Shown in pieces: positions 7,879 through 15,173 of a DNA stretch of 17,656 nucleotides (position 1 is its first letter; every line of letters begins with the position of its first letter). Origin of the DNA: Candidatus Nanohaloarchaea archaeon. Lineage in GTDB: Archaea; Nanohalarchaeota; Nanosalinia; Nanosalinales; Nanosalinaceae. Under the pieces are notes generated by a model. That model was not told the DNA's origin and did no database searches. It saw only the letters and a list, made by a program, of their open reading frames with translations. The position numbers and the translations under genes were made by a program. The stretch is taken from NCBI GenBank assembly GCA_046497485.1, contig JAWOFP010000064.1, positions 1 to 17,656 of the forward strand. Direction: 5' to 3'.

Positions 7879-9696
7879 TTAGTTATTCATCTCTTCAAAT
7901 GTAGCAGAAGACCCACCATACTTGAAATTATCAAAGTAATATTTTCTTTCAGTTACTCTGGGCCTTTCATTCATTCCTTCCCAAACCCATTTGTAGATAC
8001 CAAATTTCCCCGATCTTGGAGGGTTTACTTCTCTTGCAGTAGTAGGACCTTCATGGTCATAGACTAAGCTATCATTAACCCATATTTTCATGAGCCCTTC
8101 TTCACCTTCATGTTCCTCGCCATGATGCGACCATTTAATCTGCATTGTGATATCATACCATGTTCCGGGTTCAAGATCTTCACTGTATTCTGCCCAGTCT
8201 GTTCTCCTGATATACTCCCCCTGCTCATCAGTCTCTAGAGAACCATCAGATAAGATATTATTTCTATCTAGGCCTCCCTGAATATCCATAAGATCTCCTG
8301 AAGGTCCAGTCGAATCAGGGCTTGGATACTCATCCACATAGGAATTAATGAATATCAGTTTATCGTTTTGAACATTTACTGAGAGAGGTTTCCCGTTCCC
8401 CAGACAGTAACTTGTGTAATCGCAGACCTGTTGTTGGTTTTCCTCTGTCCACCCCTCAAAATTATCATAATCTATAACAGGTAAATCCGCTACCGACCTG
8501 TGGAACTCATAGATTTGCTCCCTGTTTTCGTCTTCTTCAAAATCTTCAGGCACATAGAATGAGAAGGTATGCCAGAACCCTGAGTTCCAGCGCCTCGCTA
8601 CATTATCGTAAATCCTATCTCCGCGATCGTTCAAACTTGGATTAACCCTTACACTGTTTACACCGCTGTAGTCCCAGTCATAGTCCATGCTAGTTTTAAG
8701 GGAATAATCTCCTTTTCTTGAAACTTCATCAGTGATAACAGTCGCTTCTAAAGCATGCTGCGAAGGCACAGATCTATCAGTATTAACATATGTCGATTCT
8801 CCTGACTCAAATAATTCATGTAAAAAGATATTATTCGAGTTCTCTGAAGCCTTTTCATGGTAATTAGAAGACTGGTATATTGAAGTAATATCACCCTGGG
8901 AAATTGCACGATCAAAAATCTTGAACTCGTCAATTTCTCCGTTCCAATGCCTTCTAAAGCTTTCTGAACCGTCCTCTGCATCATCATAATTTGCGCCTAT
9001 CTGAAGAGGTGTATCTACCGATCCTACAGACTGGCTTACTGAAGAACTATCAGTTTTAACACTGTTTACATACATTTCAGCAGTTTCTTCCTCTCTACTA
9101 AATGTAACCGCAACATGACTCCATTCATTTTCTGGAACTGTAGATGAGACCGTAGTATGCGAGTTACAGTCATTTAGGCCTCCTCTAAACTCTGCAGTTA
9201 TAAGTTGAGTGCCATCTAAACGCCTTATTTGATAACTGCAGTCTCCTCTACCAGATATAGCCTCCCAGTTTGTTGAGTAGTCAGGTTTTATCCATGTTGA
9301 GATGGTGAACTCCTCAGTATAATCTGTATCTTGTATTTCATACACACCATCTATTTCTGTGGAGGAAACCTCATATCTTGGCTCTGGCGCATCATCTGCA
9401 GACGCTCCATCATTATCAGAAACAGAGTCTGTTTCTTCGCCACTAGAATCTTCAATATTTTCTCCTTCATTATTTTCATTATCATCAAGATCGGAGTCAT
9501 CAACATTTTGCTCTTCTGTTTCAGTGTTAGAATCTTCCTCAGAATCAGAACTAGAATCTACATTCTTCGAGTAATCTATAAAATTTGAAGCAGCATCAGA
9601 GACATTAGAACTACCTGAAAATCCTATATACATTATAGATCCTGCTGCAAAAACCATTACTGCAGCCCCCATGATTAAGGCGATAATCTGATTCAT
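7879..9696 (-). CDS. Membrane-anchored or secreted protein: S/D/E-rich linker, LamG/ConA-like lectin domain, polysaccharide-lyase-like jelly-roll domain
   Basis: Hydrophobic N-terminus; low-complexity acidic linker (about aa 45-105). LamG motifs: FTISTWIKP, EWSHVAVTF, MYVNSV, LQIGA, WNGEIDEFKIFDRAIS. Lyase-like motifs: WHTFSFYVPEDF, QIYEFH, PGTWYDITMQIKWS, GLMKIWVND, KFGIYK. Confidence 0.8.
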   Translation of the reverse strand: MNQIIALIMGAAVMVFAAGSIMYIGFSGSSNVSDAASNFIDYSKNVDSSSDSEEDSNTETEEQNVDDSDLDDNENNEGENIEDSSGEETDSVSDNDGASADDAPEPRYEVSSTEIDGVYEIQDTDYTEEFTISTWIKPDYSTNWEAISGRGDCSYQIRRLDGTQLITAEFRGGLNDCNSHTTVSSTVPENEWSHVAVTFSREEETAEMYVNSVKTDSSSVSQSVGSVDTPLQIGANYDDAEDGSESFRRHWNGEIDEFKIFDRAISQGDITSIYQSSNYHEKASENSNNIFLHELFESGESTYVNTDRSVPSQHALEATVITDEVSRKGDYSLKTSMDYDWDYSGVNSVRVNPSLNDRGDRIYDNVARRWNSGFWHTFSFYVPEDFEEDENREQIYEFHRSVADLPVIDYDNFEGWTEENQQQVCDYTSYCLGNGKPLSVNVQNDKLIFINSYVDEYPSPDSTGPSGDLMDIQGGLDRNNILSDGSLETDEQGEYIRRTDWAEYSEDLEPGTWYDITMQIKWSHHGEEHEGEEGLMKIWVNDSLVYDHEGPTTAREVNPPRSGKFGIYKWVWEGMNERPRVTERKYYFDNFKYGGSSATFEEMNN

Positions 9697-9719
9697 AGGA
9701 ACTAATAGTATTGCTAGAG

Positions 9720-9727
9720 ATTTAAAA
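9720..9727 (-). promoter_or_regulatory. Putative TATA box of the LamG/lyase gene
   Basis: TTTTAAAT at -31..-24 from ATG 9696. Confidence 0.5.
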
Positions 9728-9775
9728 TATATTACAACCCAATTTTAAGCTTTCACAAATTAAAGAATTATTATA

Positions 9776-9781
9776 AGGTGA
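9776..9781 (+). promoter_or_regulatory. Shine-Dalgarno site of ndk
   Basis: AGGTGA 8 nt before ATG 9790, with a TATA-like TTTTAAGC at 9743-9750. Confidence 0.6.
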
Positions 9782-9789
9782 ATTAAATT

Positions 9790-10278
9790 ATGTCAGATCA
9801 AATTGAGAGGACTTTTGTAGCGCTGAAACCTGATACGGTGAAGCGTGGAATCACAGGCAAAATCATTGATATTTTCGAGGAAACCGGTTTCAAAATCGTC
9901 GGTATGAAGATGGTCTGGGCCGATGAAGAGATCCTTCAAGAACATTACAGCGAACATGTGGACAAAGACTTCTATGATAGACTTGAAGAATACATGAGCT
10001 CGGGTCCTATCGTCGCAATAGTGCTTGAAGGAGTCGAAGCTGTCGAGAACTTGAGAAAGATTGTAGGAGAGACAGATCCAAAAGAAGCCGATCCTTCAAC
10101 TATCAGAGGCAAGTTTGCTCACATGAGCTTTGAGCACGCAGACGGAAGCGGAAGACTTCACAAGAACATTATCCATGCTTCAGCAGAGAAAGACGAAGCA
10201 GAAGAAGAGATAAGCATCTGGTTCGACGACGAAGAGCTTCACGATTTCGAATCAGCTCACGAAGAATTCGTTAGATAA
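9790..10278 (+). CDS. ndk: Nucleoside diphosphate kinase
   Basis: ERTFVALKPDTVKRG, HYSEH, YMSSGPIVAIVLEG, LRKIVGET, TIRG, NIIHAS (phospho-His). Confidence 0.97.
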   Translation: MSDQIERTFVALKPDTVKRGITGKIIDIFEETGFKIVGMKMVWADEEILQEHYSEHVDKDFYDRLEEYMSSGPIVAIVLEGVEAVENLRKIVGETDPKEADPSTIRGKFAHMSFEHADGSGRLHKNIIHASAEKDEAEEEISIWFDDEELHDFESAHEEFVR

Positions 10279-10282
10279 CATA

Positions 10283-10305
10283 TTCCTCTTTTCTCATTTT
10301 CTATT
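10283..10305 (+). terminator. Pyrimidine/T-rich archaeal-type terminator of ndk
   Basis: TTCCTCTTTTCTCATTTTCTATT begins 4 nt after the ndk stop. Confidence 0.45.
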
Positions 10306-10350
10306 ACAATTTCAGTAAAAGATTAAACTTTTCAGGCCTAAGTCTTTCTT

Positions 10351-10545
10351 ATGGCAAAGAATAAACTTTACCGTTCGGAAACAGATAAGTGGATTGCAGG
10401 AGTATGCGGAGGAATAGCTGAAGTATACGATGTTGATCCGGCTCTAGTAAGGGTAGCTGCAGTATTACTAGCTTTCACACAGGTTGGAATATTAGCATAC
10501 CTGGCTGCATGGCTGATTATCCCTCATGAATCAGAACTTGAGTAG
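10351..10545 (+). CDS. pspC: PspC-domain membrane protein
   Basis: [31 protein letters not shown] ... YLAAWLIIP is the classic PspC pattern. Confidence 0.92.
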   Translation: MAKNKLYRSETDKWIAGVCGGIAEVYDVDPALVRVAAVLLAFTQVGILAYLAAWLIIPHESELE

Positions 10546-10633
10546 GCCGTCAGCACTCAAAATCTAACCCGCAACATATTCTATCCTTATTTTTGTTAGG
10601 CGAGTTAATTCCCGCAGGGTTCATCATCCAGCC
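10545..10633 (-). ncRNA. Box C/D guide sRNA (K-turn), predicted guide for Cm34 of tRNA-Leu(CAA)
   Basis: Minus strand reads GGCUG-G-AUGAUGA (box C, 10621-10627) ... CUGA (box D, 10550-10553)-CGGCC. Terminal stem GGCUG/CGGCC, a 3-nt GAU bulge and tandem G.A pairs give a canonical K-turn. It fills the gap between convergent pspC and pheT almost exactly. Confidence 0.8.
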
Positions 10634-10641
10634 ATTATAAA

Positions 10642-12270
10642 TTAATAGGACTTCTCCAGATTCTCTAAGTCAAGCTCAAAGCCCGAGACATCTACATCAA
10701 GACCCCAGTTATCAGCTACTTTTTCCTTGAACTCACAGATATAGCCGATTTCTTCACCTTCAAGGCAGATCTTGGCAGATCTCTTAGATTTACCATACTC
10801 ATAGTGATCCTCTTCAAGAGCGAATTTCAGGCCTAATGCATTTTCAAGGACTTGTAAGGCCTTTCTTGCTTCAGTATAATCTATATTGCCAGCCTTTAGG
10901 TAGCAGATTTTCTTTTTATTCTCTGCTTCTGGCATCTCGACGACCTCTCCTACTTCAAAGAAAGTCTGCGGATAGCTTTGATGTCTATTTTCTTTAAGTA
11001 CTTCAAAGATAGATGGCGTCATCCAGCTTCGAACAACTTCATAATCCTCAGTCAAAGCGTTAGCCATAGAGGCATGAGGGCTCTCATCGAGCTCCATCTT
11101 ATCAAATAATTTCTCTTTACTGGATAAAGTAAATGTATGCGTTTCCAATGCCCCTGAACCTATCAAGGCCTCTCTAACCACCTTGGAGAACTCCTCTAAT
11201 TCATTCTCCGAGCCTATCTGATCTACCTCCGGTAATTCTGGCTCAATATTATTGTATCTATATGCGATAACGATGTCCTCAATGAGATCATAGCTATGCA
11301 TTATATCAGTTCTGTAGCACGGGACATCCACATCTACTTTCTTTTTAGAGGCTTTAGCACCATAACCCATTGATTCCAGCAGTTCAGCGGCGTCTTTTCC
11401 AGAAAGGTCTAGGCCTGAAACTGAGTTCAAGTACTCGATATCCAAGTCTCTTCTTTCTGGCTCCAGTTTCGGCAGTCTTTCCTCACCTACTTCTAAATTC
11501 TCAAGCTCACCGCCTCTATCGGACAAAGCAGTTGACAAAATATTCAAGGCCTTTTTAACCGTTTCCTGGTCTTTTCCTGTCACATCGATAAATATATCCG
11601 TCGTCTTATGATCGACTTCAGTCAATTGGTTGTTAATGATAGGCGGGAAGCTAAGGACTTGGCCTTTGGAGTCTTCAATTATAGGATATTTTTCTTCGTC
11701 TTCTAGAATCCAAGCGTATTCCTGTCCTTTCTCATGCTCATCGACAATCTGGCCAAGATCCATATCTCTGTCGTATTCAAGAGGCGTGAAAGATACTTTT
11801 TCGGGCTCAACAGCTCTATAAGTAAACGGCGGCTCAAGCTCTGAAAGATCATGAAGACCTATCGCCAGTTTATCTCTTCTACGACCTAAAGTTTCGTGAA
11901 TCTTCTCTTGCAACTGAATCAAACCATTAATAGCTCTTTCATCAAGCTCCAAATCCCTGACTACTGCCGCACCTATTACAGGCCTTACTTCTTCAACCGA
12001 TTCTTCGACTTCAAGCTTCAGTCCTCCTTTCGAAACCTTATATTCTTCTAGGCCTTCTTCTATCCCAAAGTAACGGGAGTAAGCTCTTGCAAGGCCTTCC
12101 ACACTCAATAGATCGGGTCTGTTAGGATATACTTCTACATCCCATTTGACACCTTCGACACGGTTCCAGTGTACTCCTAAATAGGATGCTTCTTCCTCAA
12201 GTTTTTCGTCTTCAATACCTGTTCCGATTAATCTCTCAAACTCATTCTTGTTAATTTCGATGTGTGCCAT
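10642..12270 (-). CDS. pheT: Phenylalanine--tRNA ligase beta subunit (archaeal type)
   Basis: PNRPDLLSVEGLAR, LIQLQEKIH..LGRRR..AIGLHD, LSFPPIIN, PCYRTDIMHSYDLIEDIVIAY. ATG 12270 is preceded by SD GGAGGAGG (12277-12284); the ORF track start at 12273 is the TTG just before it. Confidence 0.96.
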   Translation of the reverse strand: MAHIEINKNEFERLIGTGIEDEKLEEEASYLGVHWNRVEGVKWDVEVYPNRPDLLSVEGLARAYSRYFGIEEGLEEYKVSKGGLKLEVEESVEEVRPVIGAAVVRDLELDERAINGLIQLQEKIHETLGRRRDKLAIGLHDLSELEPPFTYRAVEPEKVSFTPLEYDRDMDLGQIVDEHEKGQEYAWILEDEEKYPIIEDSKGQVLSFPPIINNQLTEVDHKTTDIFIDVTGKDQETVKKALNILSTALSDRGGELENLEVGEERLPKLEPERRDLDIEYLNSVSGLDLSGKDAAELLESMGYGAKASKKKVDVDVPCYRTDIMHSYDLIEDIVIAYRYNNIEPELPEVDQIGSENELEEFSKVVREALIGSGALETHTFTLSSKEKLFDKMELDESPHASMANALTEDYEVVRSWMTPSIFEVLKENRHQSYPQTFFEVGEVVEMPEAENKKKICYLKAGNIDYTEARKALQVLENALGLKFALEEDHYEYGKSKRSAKICLEGEEIGYICEFKEKVADNWGLDVDVSGFELDLENLEKSY

Positions 12271-12307
12271 CAAATTCCTCCTCCTTGAATCTCTAAATTA
12301 TCTAATT

Positions 12308-13693
12308 TCATTTTTCAGGCCTCCAGACAGGAGTCTCTTCCAATATTTCGATATCGTTTCTGTAAAGCTCTCTGATATCTTCGATCCCTGCTGCTTTTGC
12401 TGCGATTCTTCCAAGGCCTAATCCCCAAGCAAGCACTGAGACCTCTTTACCAATCATAGGTTTGACTACTTCAGGCCTGAACATTCCTGCGCCTCCTAAT
12501 CCCATCCATTCGCCGTTGTCTTTTACTTGTACTTCTACGCTCATCTCGGTGTATGGATAGTAGCTTGGGATTAACCTAAATTCTTCATAACCCATCTTCT
12601 CGAAGAATTCCGAAATATATCCTTTCAAGTTCTGGAAGCTTAGATCTTTTCCTACAACTATTCCATCCGTCTGATAGAACTCAGCCAGATGGGTTTTATC
12701 GACTGTCTCATTTCTGAAGTTTCTGGACACAGTGAAGAACTTAGCTGGAAGATCCTCTTCCTCCAGTTCTGAAAGCTTCTGCGCTGAAACAGATGTAGTG
12801 TGAGTCCTCAAAACATTTCTTTCCGCATCCTCACGGCTCCAGTCATAACCCCATCCAGCGCTTCCTGTAGTCCAGCCGTCTTCATGAGTCTGCTTCACAT
12901 GCTCCACTCTTTTGTTGCCTGATTCATTGAACTTTGAGATATCAGCTTTTTCTGGATTATCCATGAAGAATGTATCATGCAGTTCTCTTGCAGGATGATC
13001 CTGAGGAGTATATAATGCGTCAAAGTTCAGGAAGCTTGATACAACAAAATTTCCTTGCATCTCCTTGAAACCCATCTCTCTCCATTGATCTCTTGCGTAG
13101 TCGACAACTTCTTTGTAAAAATGCTTTCTTCCTATCTGCGGCATAGATGCCTCAGCTTCTACATTGAATTCCTCTTCTACATTATCTATTTTTACCTGCT
13201 CTCCTCGCTCCGTAAGTTTCAGAGATTTCTCTGTCTCCGTAACTCTTTCCACCAGGCCTCTATCGACATGATCTGCGCCAAAGTCTTCATCTCTCAACTG
13301 CTGAGCGACTTTATCTTCATCAACAAATTCTCCTTCTTCAGTTAGTCGGACTTCTCCATTTTCTATTTCTATCCAGCCTTTCTGCCTGGCTTTACCTACT
13401 GCGACATCTGCCGGAATATTGATTTCAGAGAAACCTTTTGGCCCGTCTTCCAAAATTTCTACTAACCTGAATTCTGGGCTTCCCTCTCTCATTACAGCCT
13501 TTCCTTTATTTGTTAGAGTGTAGGCAACTTCTTCGTCTCTAATTATCTCTACAAGGCCTTTTTCCTCTAGTTCTTTTGCGGCTCTGGCGATCATCGACTG
13601 GTCAAATCCTTGATCCTCCAGCCTTTCATATCTTATCTCTTCAGAGTTCTTTACCTGTTCAAATACTGTTTTAGCCTGTTGAGAGAGTTTCAC
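12308..13693 (-). CDS. pheS: Phenylalanine--tRNA ligase alpha subunit (archaeal type)
   Basis: NFDALYTPQDHPARELHDTF, VLRTHTT, FRNETVDKTHLAEFYQTDG, YYPYTEMS, GAGMFRPEV, LAWGLGLGR. GTG 13693 is preferred over TTG 13714 because TATAAAAA (13716-13723) sits at -30..-23 from it. Confidence 0.96.
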   Translation of the reverse strand: MKLSQQAKTVFEQVKNSEEIRYERLEDQGFDQSMIARAAKELEEKGLVEIIRDEEVAYTLTNKGKAVMREGSPEFRLVEILEDGPKGFSEINIPADVAVGKARQKGWIEIENGEVRLTEEGEFVDEDKVAQQLRDEDFGADHVDRGLVERVTETEKSLKLTERGEQVKIDNVEEEFNVEAEASMPQIGRKHFYKEVVDYARDQWREMGFKEMQGNFVVSSFLNFDALYTPQDHPARELHDTFFMDNPEKADISKFNESGNKRVEHVKQTHEDGWTTGSAGWGYDWSREDAERNVLRTHTTSVSAQKLSELEEEDLPAKFFTVSRNFRNETVDKTHLAEFYQTDGIVVGKDLSFQNLKGYISEFFEKMGYEEFRLIPSYYPYTEMSVEVQVKDNGEWMGLGGAGMFRPEVVKPMIGKEVSVLAWGLGLGRIAAKAAGIEDIRELYRNDIEILEETPVWRPEK

Positions 13694-13715
13694 ACCAGAG
13701 TTTTGAGGATCCAAT

Positions 13716-13739
13716 TTTTTATAGCAACAGGTTTAATAG
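13716..13739. promoter_or_regulatory. Back-to-back TATA boxes for pheS (-) and the KaiC-like gene (+)
   Basis: TATAAAAA (minus, 13716-13723) and TTTAATAG (plus, 13732-13739), each at -30..-23 from its start codon. Confidence 0.55.
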
Positions 13740-13761
13740 CACAAAACCTCAAATTTAGTTC

Positions 13762-14472
13762 ATGGCTATCGACACCGGTATTGAAGGCCTCGGAGACATG
13801 GTGGAAATACCAGATGATTATACTTTGCTTCTTGGAGGCCCTCCAGGAACCGGTAAGAGTGCATTTGCACTGGACTACCTTTTCGAGGGAGTTCAAAATG
13901 GTGAAAAAGCTCTTTTCATAACTTTAAGAGATTCTAAAGAAGAGATAATGGAAAGTGTTGAGCTACGAGGATATGATTCAAAATCCGAGAACTTCAGAAT
14001 ACAGGAAGCTACAGGTCTGATGCGTGGAAGCAGCGGACAGGTCTTCGAACCAGAAAAAGTAATAGACGGTTTAAGGAGAAACCTGAATAAGTTCGAACCT
14101 GATAGAATCGTAATCGACAGTATTACAAAATTCCTGATGATTTTCGATGCAGAACCTGTTCAGAGAGAAGAGGCCTCCCGTATAGTAGGCCGAATCAAGG
14201 AAAAACAGGCCTCATCCTTGTTTATAGGAGAAGTACCTTACTCAAAAAATGGGCAGCCTTCAAGATATGAAATCATGGAGTTCGTGGTCGATGGAATCTT
14301 CAAGCTTGAGCAATCACAGGATGGAATCATGTTTGAAATTTTGAAGATGAAAGGCCTTGGTTACGATAGAAAAACTAAGAAGGTAGATATTTCAGATAAC
14401 ACAGTTTCTTTAAACAGTTTCAATAAAAGCCGCTCCAATAATGGCGAAGACTCCGACTACGAAGAGCTTTGA
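13762..14472 (+). CDS. Single-domain KaiC/RAD55-like RecA-superfamily ATPase
   Basis: IDTGIEGL, Walker A GPPGTGKS, GEKALFITL, Walker B RIVIDSIT, EFVVDGIFKL, ILKMKG. Confidence 0.88.
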   Translation: MAIDTGIEGLGDMVEIPDDYTLLLGGPPGTGKSAFALDYLFEGVQNGEKALFITLRDSKEEIMESVELRGYDSKSENFRIQEATGLMRGSSGQVFEPEKVIDGLRRNLNKFEPDRIVIDSITKFLMIFDAEPVQREEASRIVGRIKEKQASSLFIGEVPYSKNGQPSRYEIMEFVVDGIFKLEQSQDGIMFEILKMKGLGYDRKTKKVDISDNTVSLNSFNKSRSNNGEDSDYEEL

Positions 14473-15129
14473 TAACTGAATCCAGTGCTCCCAGCTTAAA
14501 TGCTGCCTATAAACCGAAGCTGAAGCAGTTGTACCCAGTATTCCAGCAACTATAAACCCTGTCATTTCTAAAGACGTGTGCGGAAAGTATGCTAGAGGTG
14601 AACTGTTTGATAAAATTATTTCCAAGCCTGTTAAATCGCTTGCAAGCGTTGCAAAGAATACTCCAACCATTGAAGCATTCAGTGAAAGTATGAATGCTCC
14701 TGCAGACCCTAAAAATGCTGATACGCCTAGAATCATTACAAACAATGTCAAGTTATGGCTCGAAACTCCAAGGAATGAGGCATCAAGATTTGTAGCTTGC
14801 CCAGTGAGGCCTGTAGTACTGAGCTGAGTGGTGAAGAACTCAGGCATCAGAAGAGCACCAATAAAGAACGCTGTAACTAGGCCTATAAACAGAGATCCAT
14901 AAGCCATTGTTTCATCCATGAAGTCAGGGTTCTCCTCATACTCGAAATAATAATCCATCAATGGGAACACCATTGGAACCGCTGCAATCATTGGAGCGAT
15001 TAGAGAGGCCTGATCGGTGAAAAAATTGTTAGCTGCCCAGATACCTGTAAGCCCTGAGATTAGGCCTAGAATAGCTAGGGCTTTGTAGTTGTGAGACTCC
15101 TCTTCTCTCAGAATTAATTCTGGCAGCAT
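14410..15129 (-). CDS. SpoIIM-like (stage II sporulation protein M family) integral membrane protein
   Basis: About 6-7 TM segments; HNL, LNASMVG and YFPHTSLEMTGF resemble the SpoIIM PHGxxE motif. TATA TTTAATAT lies at -30..-23. Confidence 0.75.
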   Translation of the reverse strand: MLPELILREEESHNYKALAILGLISGLTGIWAANNFFTDQASLIAPMIAAVPMVFPLMDYYFEYEENPDFMDETMAYGSLFIGLVTAFFIGALLMPEFFTTQLSTTGLTGQATNLDASFLGVSSHNLTLFVMILGVSAFLGSAGAFILSLNASMVGVFFATLASDLTGLEIILSNSSPLAYFPHTSLEMTGFIVAGILGTTASASVYRQHLSWEHWIQLSKLFVVGVFAIIGAAFIETV

Positions 15130-15173
15130 AGAGTTTACTTATCTAAGCCCAATATTAAACTTAAGGCCTGACA

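Noticed and set aside
9380..9570. Low-complexity TCA/TCT-rich tract as a tandem repeat
   Set aside because: It encodes the Ser/Asp/Glu linker of the LamG protein and has no discrete repeat unit.
2667..9696. Integrated element at tRNA-Val (ATPase plus surface genes next to a tRNA)
   Set aside because: No integrase, no duplicated tRNA end (att site) seen, the block lies on the 5' side of the tRNA, and the ATPase has host-like AGGCCT density.
10545..10633. Intergenic element as a tRNA fragment or simple bidirectional terminator
   Set aside because: The plus strand has tRNA-like words (CTCAAAATC, CCCGCAGGG) but no cloverleaf. Exact C and D boxes with K-turn geometry on the minus strand explain them better as guide complements.
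13762..14472. Circadian clock kaiC
   Set aside because: Single domain only, with no kaiA or kaiB in the window; it belongs to the broad archaeal KaiC-like group.
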